Assembly (NCBI GenBank): GCA_965645245.1
Contig: OZ287085.1
Coordinates: forward strand, 620,001-684,000
Reading direction: 5' to 3'
Length of the DNA: 64,000 bases
From: Massalongia carnosa
Taxonomy: Eukaryota
Made by a program: the position numbers and the translations under genes
The notes under the pieces: generated by a model
Databases searched by the model: none
What the model saw: only the letters and a program-made list of their open reading frames with translations
What the model was told of the DNA's origin: nothing
Shown: in pieces, positions 25,827-36,802 of the stretch
Position numbering within the stretch: position 1 is the first letter of the stretch
How the letters are laid out: each line of letters opens with the position of its first letter

Positions 25827-26450
25827 GAGACTCCGCGCTATCGTCCCACGAAGGAACGCCGCATGTGACCTTTGCCTATGGGTTGATCAGACCCGACCCT
25901 GCCTGACCTGCCTGACCTGCATGACCTGACCTGCCTGGATAGAATCCTTGTCCTGTCCGCATAGATGGAGTCCTGGTTCCGCCTGAATGAATGGATGGAG
26001 TCCTTGTCCCGCCTGGATGAATGAATGGAGACCTGGTCCCGCCTGAATGATGTAGTTCTGGTACCGTTCGATGAACGGCTAATGTCCTCGACTGTGTCCT
26101 CGCGAGGCGAGAACTTGATAAATAATGATGCTTTGATGAGATGTGTAATGATAATGTGCTGATGAAAGAGTTTTTCGCTCGGTCGCTCGGTCGCTCGGTC
26201 GCTCGGTCACTAGTGAAAATTTTCCACCGACGATAAGGTCGAAAACGATGCATTACTTCAAGTATTCAGACTGGTTAAAAACTCACCAAGGATGAGGCGA
26301 TTGAATCTCTACTGATGCAATAAGAGCTGAAAGGCGGAAATAACATGAGGTTGATTAGGGATAAGTCAGTCATACCTGAAGTCTAAAGATGCATATAGTA
26401 TATCACTTCTATAAACACTAGACCGAATCTTCCTCATTTTTTATATTATT

Positions 26451-27908
26451 TCATTGCCGTCGCTTGACAAGACCTTTCGATGCTATTACCGCCGCAATCA
26501 CGCTTCTCAACGGCAGATTATGATTCGGTGGCGGATCATAAGTACTTCCCATATTAGGCTCAAGCACAAATGCCAGCTCGATTCCTCTTCGAAACAGCAG
26601 ACAATGAGTGCTTCCACCGTAATGAAACATGCCGAGCTGTTCGCCCGCATTCACATGCTGCCCCTCGATTACGGTGATTTCGTTTGATGAAACCTCAGCC
26701 ATCCCTACAGCGACAAAGCACATCAGCCCGATGGCCTGATGGTCCGCTTGGATGAAGATGACGGCTCGCGCGGCGACTTGAGTAAGGTAGGCTTGCGAGT
26801 TAGTGGCCGCGATCTTATCCGGGCCGCCGTCGGTGTTGGCGAAGCCTTGAAAGTAATTGGCGGAATAGTAGGTGCCCGGGACATTGAACGCTCGTGCGAT
26901 GGTGCCGCTGACGGGACTGTGCCAGCGATGATAACTAAGGGCGCTGAGGTAGGCTTGATAAACTGTGCCTTCGGCGAATGTGGTAGTGAGTGGGTCGTTG
27001 GCGAGAATATCGCGGAGGGAGTAGGGTTGACCCTTCAGCCAGAACTCCGAACTCTCCTGGACCTCTTTGTGGCGGCGAAGAAAGACGGGGGTCGACTCGC
27101 ACGCGTTGTAGATCAGTGCTTCCGAGACGAGAACATCACGAGATACACCGCTCGGTAAGCCGGATTGAGGAGTCCCTGTGAATAACTGGTCCACGTTTGT
27201 TGGCAATGTGCGTTTGTCGGGCTTGAACTTGCGAACGAAGAAATCATCCCAGGATTGATAGCCGTAATATTTAGCATGTTGGTCACAAACGTAAAGTTGA
27301 TCGAACGTATAGTTAGATTTACCGTTATTACCTACAACACACATCTGTCTCAGTGCCTCTTCACTTAGCCAGCCGTTTTCTTGATCGGTGAGAACGCCAG
27401 CAGAGGCTGCCGTTGTCAGAAACACCGCCCATTTGTTAAGAATCTTCGTCCAGTGCGCATTGACATCCGGACGGAGGAAGAAGGCATTGCCAGAATACGT
27501 GTTCATAGGCCATTCAAGGATGGCGTTGATAGGGAAGCCGATAAACCCCACTTGATCTGCAAATGAACTCCACTGCGGCGCAGAGACTATGATGTGGCCC
27601 AATAGCTGCAGCAGATGCTGAAAGTCTCGAACCTGCGGCCGCAACAAGGGATCAGTGTTGTACGGGGTTTTCGCGGGCACTTCTGTGAACATCAAGGAAG
27701 CGAGGATTTTTAAAGTGACATCGGCCTCAACATGCTCCTGAAACGCCCGGAGTTCGTTATTCAAGTGCTGATGGGGAAGATTGTCCACATGCTTGATCAA
27801 TTTATTCAGCCACTTGATGATCATCTTAGGATCCTTTGGCAACCAGTGACCGATCCTGTGGACGCTATTCACGTCCGAAGCGGGCTGAAAGTTTGAGCGG
27901 ATTGTCAT
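26451..27908 (-). CDS. Phosphatidylserine decarboxylase family protein, PsiD (L-tryptophan decarboxylase)-like, pyruvoyl-dependent
   Basis: Intact 485-aa ORF; GFPINAIL, WDDFFVR, NACES, KGQPYSL, YHRWHSPV, GMAEVS, GMFHYGGST (autocleavage motif). Confidence 0.93.
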   Translation of the reverse strand: MTIRSNFQPASDVNSVHRIGHWLPKDPKMIIKWLNKLIKHVDNLPHQHLNNELRAFQEHVEADVTLKILASLMFTEVPAKTPYNTDPLLRPQVRDFQHLLQLLGHIIVSAPQWSSFADQVGFIGFPINAILEWPMNTYSGNAFFLRPDVNAHWTKILNKWAVFLTTAASAGVLTDQENGWLSEEALRQMCVVGNNGKSNYTFDQLYVCDQHAKYYGYQSWDDFFVRKFKPDKRTLPTNVDQLFTGTPQSGLPSGVSRDVLVSEALIYNACESTPVFLRRHKEVQESSEFWLKGQPYSLRDILANDPLTTTFAEGTVYQAYLSALSYHRWHSPVSGTIARAFNVPGTYYSANYFQGFANTDGGPDKIAATNSQAYLTQVAARAVIFIQADHQAIGLMCFVAVGMAEVSSNEITVIEGQHVNAGEQLGMFHYGGSTHCLLFRRGIELAFVLEPNMGSTYDPPPNHNLPLRSVIAAVIASKGLVKRRQ

Positions 27909-28623
27909 GATGAGAATCGTTATTGAAATCCAATCTAATTGTGCCTATACGAGATTTATATTCCCCGGACAGCTTGTTCATGACGGAGCGTCTTCGTGAT
28001 ATCATCATTCTTGACACTAACTTTCGCAATCATGTTGTACACCTCATCGTGCTTAACTCGACTACTGCACAGTCTTCTAGCAGCTTCATCAGAAGAGTTT
28101 ATGTAACGAGGTAAAGTCCAATCAGAAGCCAGGAAGAACTGTAAGATGTTTGGGGAGCGGCTCTTGTGCAGAATATCATGCACGGTCGCAGGTGGAACAC
28201 CCGCGATAAAATGTGTATCCTTTCATCAGCGTTCATCTCTGCATTGTGTCTGTACGGTCAATATGTCAATTCATGAGTATAGCGAAGATGATTAGAAGAC
28301 TAGATTATATTAATAAAGTAAGGACTCTTCTATTCCTTGAAGCTTCCTTTGAAAATCTGTGAATGAGTTGCGTACGCTGCACACTGTCAGGAAAAAGATC
28401 ATACGGTAATCACAGACTTCATGCAAGGGGAATGCGTGGGAACCGCCTCATCTCGTGGCGCTACGAGTCGATTAAGCGTCTTCGGATAACGTAACTCACT
28501 GGGCAACGGGACAAACTGGACAACGGGACTATCAAAAGTTCGCTTAATCTCTAAAGTGTGTTCTCCTCACCCGTTTTACATAAAAAATTCGGCTTCAATG
28601 TCTATTATACGATGTTCTTGCCT

Positions 28624-28846
28624 CAGTACCTCAGACGTGCGTAGCTCTATGAGCCGGCTAAGCCCCTTCGGGTTAGCCTATTTCGCTAAGTCCCTTCGGG
28701 TTAGCGTAGCTGCTGACTCATATCAGTGGTGCCGCCGTAGCATACGTAGTCAGCTAAAGGGCCGCTAATCCGAAGGGGCTTAGCGAAGTAGGCTAACCCG
28801 GAGGGGCTTAGGCGGCTCATTGAGCCACGCACGTTCTGAGGTACTG
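28624..28846. repeat. Long foldback (about 85-bp arms) with nested hairpins
   Basis: CAGTACCTCAGACGTGCG... pairs with ...CGCACGTTCTGAGGTACTG. Confidence 0.9.
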
Positions 28847-29105
28847 CCGGGACCGAATGGAGGCAGGCCACGGATAGCCGACGAAGGCCGAAGGTCGGAT
28901 GTCCAAATAGTTGGACGGGAAGGGAGAAAAAAGCAGGCCTTTTGGCAGTCTTCTCATCATTACCATTGATTCGGAGTTCAGCACCAAATGGTCTTTTGAA
29001 AGTCTTTCCCGAATTAAAAACATCTATCAATTACTCACCCCCAATCCCATTATTCCAAATCACCTCCACTTCTCATTCTATATTACCCTCCACACTGAGC
29101 CCATC

Positions 29106-29970
29106 ATGCCTTTCCATCGCCCTCAAAGAATCATCAAGCCCTTCGTCCACTTCGAAAACACCTCCGGGCCCGGTCAACGTTTCACTCGTTCCACCTGATC
29201 CCCTAGAAGAGGGGTCATAATTTCAGAAACACAGCCTCCTTCGAACACTCAAGGTTCGGAGGGACACTTCGGGACGATGTGATAGACGTTCATCGAACAT
29301 CGGAATCAATCCCGGATCTGCTGTAGGATCTCAGAGCTCAGCAGGAGGCCACGGCGACAGTCCTCAGGCAGGAGGAGACCCGTCACCTTCAAAAAATAAA
29401 TCGCCGACAACTTGGCGGCCATTCAGCGCATAAGGGAGGGAAACACAGTCCCCGACGGAGACATCAAGGGACTACCCCACCTGATTCGCTGCCTCGGGGT
29501 ATATTGGCAGGTCTTGCTTCATTTGGCATCATCCGGAATAAAAGACAGTCTTTGTAGGGCCTTTCAAATCTATCAGGACCGCTTGTTGTTACATTACACC
29601 ACCTACACCTGAGAGTCAGTACGAATGTTTCATATAATCTTCCACAGGGGTCGAGTGTACCAGGGAGTGAACGACCCGGCTGGATGGAGGAGAATCGACA
29701 CCATCATCGAAAACATGTATCTTACTCGACGGACACCTAACTTGTTCATGACGGGAGGTATCACCAAACCAGCACCCGGATTCAATCCCGGTAAGTGGCT
29801 CCACTGAATCAAAGCCCATGTCCTGCAATCGATAGAACGCAGGGCGGGAATACAAGGACTGCAGGTATCTTCACGTCTGCAATCTCTGGTTCGGCCATCA
29901 CACGAAAAACAACTGCCTCAAGGCACATATCAGCAACCCAAATTTCATGTCAACGGGTAGACGAGATTGA
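29106..29970 (+). pseudogene. gag-like ORF1 of the YR element
   Basis: Decayed ORF ending in a Cys/His finger (CNR...CRYLHVC...H...C). Confidence 0.6.
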
Positions 29971-31775
29971 TTAGCCGGCCCATTTGATCATATCGTCGAA
30001 GGGTTCACCTATCCGCTGATAGATAAATCAGCAATCGTAACCTCAGGGCCTCTAAGAAAAGAAGGCTGGGAACTTCACCTCATGGGTTATCCGGAAAAAT
30101 TACAAACAGACCATTTACGATAGAATCATGTACGGGGCCAAAAGTGATTACATTGGCCCAGATCAGTTCATTCTATGCAACAACCTAGCCTCGGCCAACG
30201 CGGGCCCAGAAATTCTGACCATGGACGTAGAGGACCAGAGGGCCAAGAACCGATTGATCGAGGTACCCACCCTACCAACCAGATATATATGCTCCCCCTT
30301 AGGCCTGGTCCCCAAAGTAAGCGGAGGATGGCGCCGTATTCATCACCTCTCCCCCCCTGAGGGTAATTCGGTGAACGACTTCATTCCCGAAGAATGGGGC
30401 GCTCTGGAATATATCACTTTCGACGAAGCCCTCGCCGGCGTCAAAAGAATGGGCAAGGACTGCGTACTGATCAAACGAGATCCAGCCGATGCCTTTCGCC
30501 ACGTTCTAGTGGCGCAAAGCGATTGGTGGTTGCTGGGTTTTTGTTGAAACGAGGTTTACTAGATGGATCGCTTTCTTCCATTAGGCCTCAGGACGTCTCC
30601 CTTCTTGTTTGACATATTCGCGAAAGGTCTGAACTGAATGATGATTAATTGTTCAGACCTCGGCCTAAAGATCAACGATAAGAAATATAAACAAGGCACG
30701 GTAGTCGAATTCCTGGGCATCGAGCTGGACACACACCTCATGCAGGCACGACTACCGGCGAAAAGCTTCAGAAAGCTAACGATCTCGTCCAAACAACATT
30801 GAATAAATCCACGATAACCAAAATCAAGCTAGACAATCTTGCTGGGATTTCTGGGCTTTGCAGCCAAAGTGGTGGTGCCGGAAAGAACTTTTCTCCGACG
30901 CCTTTTCAACTGCAAAATCGGGCTCGCGCGCCCATTTATGCATAACACTTCTCACATAAAAGCTGATCTTTTATGGTGGCATCATTTCCTTCCATTATGG
31001 AACGGCATATACATTATTAGCCCTTCGAGACCCCTGCTCCGTCTCTGGACGGATGCCAGTGGGGACTTCGGAATTGGGGCATACATACTTCAAGGTGGTC
31101 AGACCACACACATTGCCCGCTGAGCAAGTGGTTACTGAACGTTATACCACGCCTTTGCAGCCAAAGTAGTGGTGCCTGGGAGAACCTCTCTCCGGCGCCT
31201 TTTCAACTGCAAAATCGGGCCCGTGCGCCCATTTATTCATGTCAATTCCCACATAAAAGCTGATCTTTTATGGTGGCATCACCTCCTTCCATTATGGAAC
31301 GGCATACGCATCATCAGCCCTTCGAGACCCCTGCTTCGTCTCTGGACAGATGCCAGCGGGGACTTCGGAATCGGGGCATACATACTCTTAGGTGGTCAGA
31401 CCACACACACTGCCCGCTGAGCAAGTAATGTCTGAACGATATACCACTAGGCTCAGAGCCAAACATATCAATTAGAAGGAGTTGACAGCGATCCTGCACG
31501 CCATACGGCGGTGGCTCCCCCTGTGCAAGGGAGCCCATCTTCTTCTTTATTGCGACAGCTTCGCTGTAATGTCCGGGGTCAAAAAGACCTCCATTCGGGG
31601 AGGGGCCATGCACCCTCTTCGGAATATCGCCATGATGGCGGCTGTAAATGATATTGAAATCGAGCCAAACTGGCTGTCGACCAAAGAAAACTTCTTAGCA
31701 GATTGGTTGTCCCGAGGACTATTTGGGAAAATCGCTGACAATTACCACAAACTGCAGGACATTTCATCGGACTAA
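29971..31775 (+). pseudogene. RT/RNase H of the YR element, with internal deletion and a 297-bp duplication
   Basis: SPLGLVPK...WRRIHHLS, DAFRH, FLGIELD, LWTDAS, YCD, NFLADWLSR. Confidence 0.88.
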
Positions 31776-32333
31776 TAACGGCGACACACGCCCGCGACCC
31801 TCCAGAAACATGGTACAATGAGGTCCCGCTGGATCGTCGGGCAGCCAGATATCTATGGTGGGGCATAGCAATTAAGACTCGAGGACTATACGATGCTGCC
31901 CGAAAAAGCTACACGACCCACTGTCAGCTGGCGACAAATTTTTCCCCCTTTCCAGCAACAATTCGAAGTCTTTCGCCGTGGATAGCCGCTCTAGGCCAAC
32001 GGGGACTCCGTCCCAAAACTATCAATAACTATCTAGCTGGGGTGCGATCAAGTCAATTGGACATGGGCCTAGGGGACCTGGAGGTTTTCCATCATCCAGC
32101 CCTTGACAGGATAATAGCAGGAATAAAACGGATGCACGGTGAACCCGAAAAACGAGAAAGAATTCCAATCACACGCGACGTTCTGATAAAATTGCTACGA
32201 AATTAGACACTACTAACGAGGTCCAAGCAACCCTCCATGGGGCATATAGCATCGCATTCGCCGCCTTCTTAAGAGCGGAAGAATTTACTTACAAACAAGG
32301 AGACATACAAGACCCCAGTTTCGATTCATGACA

Positions 32334-32786
32334 GTAATTCGTGGGCTCCATCGTGTCAGCTGAACATATACATAATTTCTATCTATGTTTAAGCAACTCT
32401 CCCCTCGCGCTGCCCTGCTGGCGCTCAGTTTTGCTGAGGGCCCCTCCTATAATGGCTTTGTTTTGGCAGCAGTGAGGGGAAAAACTCCATCTACCTATGC
32501 GGCTGATTCAGGGAGTGGGTGGGCAAAAGACCCTTTGGTGCTGAAATCCGAATCAATGGTGATGATGAGGAGAAGAGTGCCAAAAGGCCACTATTTATGC
32601 CCTTTCTCTCCCTTGCTTGTCCAACTATTTTGGACATCATCCTCCTTTGTCCTTCGGCCCTCGTTGGCTGTTCGCGGCCTGCCTCCACTCGCTCCTTCGG
32701 CTACCCACGGCCTTCAGCCTTCGTCGTCCGTTTCGCGGCCTGCCTCCACTCGGTCCCGGCATTACCTTTCGCCTTAACCGAATTAC
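32334..32786 (-). mobile_element. Non-autonomous mini-derivative of the YR retrotransposon
   Basis: Reverse-complement similarity to ~28840-28998 and ~45060-45212; ends GTAATTCG...CGAATTAC; no TSD. Confidence 0.8.
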
Positions 32787-32842
32787 TTTTAACCAGGAAA
32801 TCCGTGGACCTACGAGAATATCGAATGATTCTCTCCTTACCA

Positions 32843-34419
32843 TCTATATAGTACTGAAAGAGTTCCCCTGCTACTTTGGGCAACACTACCTCATTCGGTT
32901 AGATCTATATAGTACCGAAAGAGTTCCCCTGCTACTTTAGGCAACACTAACTTATTCGGTTAGATCCAACCTCATGCGGTTAGGTTTAACCTGAAAAAGG
33001 GAACGGCTTGCGGAACTGTACTGAGTTATAAAATAATGCAGAGAGGACGCCGTACGGAAAGGACCAAAAAGAGGCACCTCATTGCGAGCATACATTTCAT
33101 CGTATGATATCGTAAAACTTTGCAGACCTACTAATCACATCAACTATAGTTGATATCTCGAAACTTGCGTGCTTTTTCGCCCGTTTGCGGTGGGGGGAGG
33201 AGGTCTCTTTGCGAAGCATCAGATTTTCTTTGAAATCGTCCATAAGAGATTTAGCGCGGACTCGATTGGGTTTACGGTGCTTTTCGTGTTATTTACCTAT
33301 CATCGCAGCTCTTTTCATCCTAGCCTTTTCATCGCAGCTCCTTTCACCGCTGAATATCAACGTGAACTCGATACAGGAATATTAACGGAAGATACTTTGA
33401 CGAAAAAAATTAATGATGATATAGATAAGACTCGAGACGGACGGGCTTATAATCACGTCAAACGACATATAATAGAAAATCGGGTTGGAAGAGAGAAAAC
33501 GGAGTCGATTAATTTTACGCTTCTAGAGTGTCTCATTATCGACAGCTTCGAGAAAATAGACGAATTCAAGATGCACGAGACCAAAAAGCTAAAGAAGCTA
33601 TGCGAAAAGCGGCGGAAAAAGAAAATTAATAACGAGGGAGATAGATATTGAGGCTATTCAAGAGGCTATCTGATAGCTATTTGGGAAACTATTTGGGAGA
33701 CTATTTGAAAGGCTATTTGAAAAGCAGCGGAGATTAGCTGGGAGACTATTTGGGAGGCTAATTGGAGAGCTATTTGGGAGGCTATTTGGGATATTATTTG
33801 ATAGCTAAGCAGAATATCTGGAAGGCTATTTGGAAGGCTATTTGGAAGACTATTTGAAAGCGGTGAAGATTATCCGGGAGGCTATTTGGGAAGCTTTATA
33901 CGAGGCTTTATTCAAGGCTATTTGAGATACTATCTGAAAAGCAGCGGAGACTATTTGGGAGGCTATTTGATAGCTATTTGGGGGAATATTTAGGAGACTA
34001 TTTGGGAGATATTTGAGAGATACTTGGAAGATAAGTGAAAGGCTATTAGGGAGGCTATTTGAAAGGCTTTTTGGGAGGCTTTTGGGAGGCTTTTGGGAGG
34101 CTATCTGGGAGACTATTTGAAAAGCAGCGGAGACTATTTGAAAGGCTATTTAGGGGCTAGATGTGGGGCCTTATAAAAATCAGCGGAGGCTATCTGGGAG
34201 ACTATTTGGAAGATGCTTTGACAGATGCTTTGGCGGGTGCCAAGGAGGAGATAGCGTGGGGCCGTTGCGGAGCGAAGCGAAGCATGTCCGGAGCAGAAAT
34301 CAGAGATATTTTGAAATTCGCATGAAAAAATAGCAAGCCATATAGTAAGTAAATGAAAAGTAGTAGTAAATTAGATTTTTTCATTCGAAACATCTCAGGT
34401 CTGAGATGGCACTGTCTCG
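32843..34419 (+). mobile_element. Non-autonomous Helitron with duplicated 5' end
   Basis: A|TCTATATAG start (repeated at 32904); 3' hairpin ATCTCAG-GT-CTGAGAT then CTCG. Confidence 0.82.
33651..34210. repeat. ~12-bp minisatellite (GGCTATTTGGGA) inside the Helitron
   Basis: Degenerate tandem units with a recurring AAAGCAGCGGAG variant. Confidence 0.85.
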
Positions 34420-35155
34420 TCTATATAGTACTAAAAGAGTTACCCTGCTACTTTGGGCAACACTACCTTATTCGGTTAGATTGAACCCGAAAAAGGGAAC
34501 GCGGCTTGCGGAACAGTACTGAATTATCAAATAATGCGGGGAGGACCTCCCTGCGGACAGGACCAAAAATTCCCCTCTTGCCTCGACCGTACCGGACCGT
34601 TTCACTTCGTCAAACATCGGAGATCAACTGATCCTGTTGATATCAGTCCGTATCGCGAAAACTACGTTCTTTTACGTTCGTTGTGGGCCGCGAGAGGTGG
34701 TCGTTGTTTGTCAGGGTCCTAGCCTGACATAGAGATAGAAGGTTGACCTTAGAGGTGTTCGAGGTAACCGGTTAGGCTTAGCGCCAGCCGAGATAGAAAG
34801 AGGGATCACGGGATCGCGCGAGGCTAGCGCGACACTCGACGCAGATATTTCTAGCGAGTCGCGCACAATAATTCTTTTCTTTCTTTGTAGATAAATTTTA
34901 GTTTAATAGCGGTTGAAAAGAATCGACGACAGCTACCTTACACAATTTATCTACCTACCTATCAGTATTCTTTCTTCCAGAACTTCCAGTAGGGACGAGG
35001 TCCCGTTCCAGCAACTTCCTTCCAGTTAAGGTGAAGACCCGTTCCAGTAACCTTCCAGACTGATCGTTTGTGCGAATCCAAACCGATCCAAATTCCAGAA
35101 CTTCCAGAATTTTCAGAGCCAGGGAATCAAGCTTTCCCACTTCCAGTATCCAGTC

Positions 35156-36802
35156 ATGAGCTCAAAAACGCCCATGACAGCAAGAAAAGTCGGAGCCCCT
35201 CCCACGGAGGCTCAGACTGGTCCAGCATTTAACACCCGCGCTCGTTCCGCCTCCCGCCATTCGTGTCGTTCGGATAGCAGTATGCCAGGAACGTTCGAAG
35301 ACTCCGAGCTACTGCAGAACGAGCAAATGAGAGAAACCACGGAGGGGACGTGGGAAAAAACCTCAAGAGCAGGGCGCGGAAAAGAAAAGGAAATTTTCCA
35401 AACAATAGACGTCTCCAACCACCCATACTACGAACAGGATGCAGCGGAGCATCCGTCTCTCGTCGTGGCACACAACTTGAAAGAATTGCAGAGCATCTTG
35501 CGAGATGAGAAAGAAGGACCCCGATGGTACGATTTTCTCGCGAGAGCGCTCGAATACGATAAGACCCTATTCGAAAAATACATCTCTATGCAGAACGATC
35601 AGGAGAAGCTTGCCGAAGCAAAAAAGATCAACAGACGTTACAAGCAAGTAAATGAACGTCTCATCGCAGAAAAGGATGATGCCGAACGAGAGGCCCTTCT
35701 CGCGCAAGAAGAACTCTCGCATAGAGATATCGAATTGGAGACAACGACTCTAGCAAAAGAGAGATTACAGAAAGACAGAGACTCCTTGATCCGCCAGTTT
35801 GCGGAAACACAGGAAACACCACGTCAGCAACGGGAAGACACCGTTGCTACCTCAAGCACTAACTACAATCCTCAGAATTGGCGACCTCGTGGTATAAACC
35901 CTAGCAAGCCACTAAAAGGTGAAGACTCGGAGGAGTATAGCCCTTGGGCGTACTCCGTCCGCAACAAACTGAAGACAGACGCACCCCTCTACGCCGACGA
36001 GAGTGAAAAGGTCGCTTACGCGCTGTCTCAAATGGAAGCGCCGATCTTCGGGGCTATGCATTCTTGGGTAGCGGATATGGGAGACTCACTATCGGCCGAT
36101 GCTTTGTTCGAAGAGATAGAACACTACATGGGCATCCACCTCCAGAGCCGCGACGCCAAGAAAGAACTCCTCACCGTCACCATGAAAGGGGGCGAAAGCG
36201 TCAGCGAGTATTACCACCGAATCTTCAAGCTATGGCAGAAAGCCAAAACTCCCGTTGACGAGCGAATTGAAAAGTTCCTCGTGACGTTAAAGCCTAGCAT
36301 CTCCAGCTCTCTTATGTGTTCCGTCTTTACCGATTTCCGCCCTCTACTTGACGAAGCACGAAGAATCGAAGACCGCCGCAAAGATGTGGCACATCACTTT
36401 CCCCGCCCCGATAAACCAGCTGCAACGAATAACTCCGGCCAACGAAGCAACTTCTCCGGTGGACAGTCCTCAAACCAATCCTCCGGTGGAAAGTCCGTCT
36501 CAGCCTCCACCAACCAGATCAACTCCAGAAAATCGGACGATCGGCCAAACGCGAAGCTGACGCCAACAATAGTCAAGCCGGCCGGTTGGGTAGGCACGTG
36601 GTACGATCCAGACCCGTACCCAAAGAAGCTGAAGGATGACGATCGTGAGTCCCTCTCCCGCCAACGCCGATGCTGGGCATGTAGGGGATCGGGACATCGA
36701 GGACACGATACCATCTGTCCTCAATACAAGGACAAGAATCTGAGCACCATGGGAACTGTAGAAACAGATTCAGGAACGGAATCTGATGCGGGAAAAGTCT
36801 AG
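35156..36802 (+). CDS. gag: gag (548 aa)
   Basis: Coiled coil, gag core, CWACRGSGH...C knuckle. Confidence 0.93.
   Translation: MSSKTPMTARKVGAPPTEAQTGPAFNTRARSASRHSCRSDSSMPGTFEDSELLQNEQMRETTEGTWEKTSRAGRGKEKEIFQTIDVSNHPYYEQDAAEHPSLVVAHNLKELQSILRDEKEGPRWYDFLARALEYDKTLFEKYISMQNDQEKLAEAKKINRRYKQVNERLIAEKDDAEREALLAQEELSHRDIELETTTLAKERLQKDRDSLIRQFAETQETPRQQREDTVATSSTNYNPQNWRPRGINPSKPLKGEDSEEYSPWAYSVRNKLKTDAPLYADESEKVAYALSQMEAPIFGAMHSWVADMGDSLSADALFEEIEHYMGIHLQSRDAKKELLTVTMKGGESVSEYYHRIFKLWQKAKTPVDERIEKFLVTLKPSISSSLMCSVFTDFRPLLDEARRIEDRRKDVAHHFPRPDKPAATNNSGQRSNFSGGQSSNQSSGGKSVSASTNQINSRKSDDRPNAKLTPTIVKPAGWVGTWYDPDPYPKKLKDDDRESLSRQRRCWACRGSGHRGHDTICPQYKDKNLSTMGTVETDSGTESDAGKV

Noticed and set aside
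22776..26212. Nested element with TIRs TAGTCTCCGAG / CTCGGTCACTA
   Set aside because: Match is short and imperfect and there is no TSD
26451..27908. Psilocybin gene cluster
   Set aside because: No kinase, methyltransferase, P450 or transporter genes in the window
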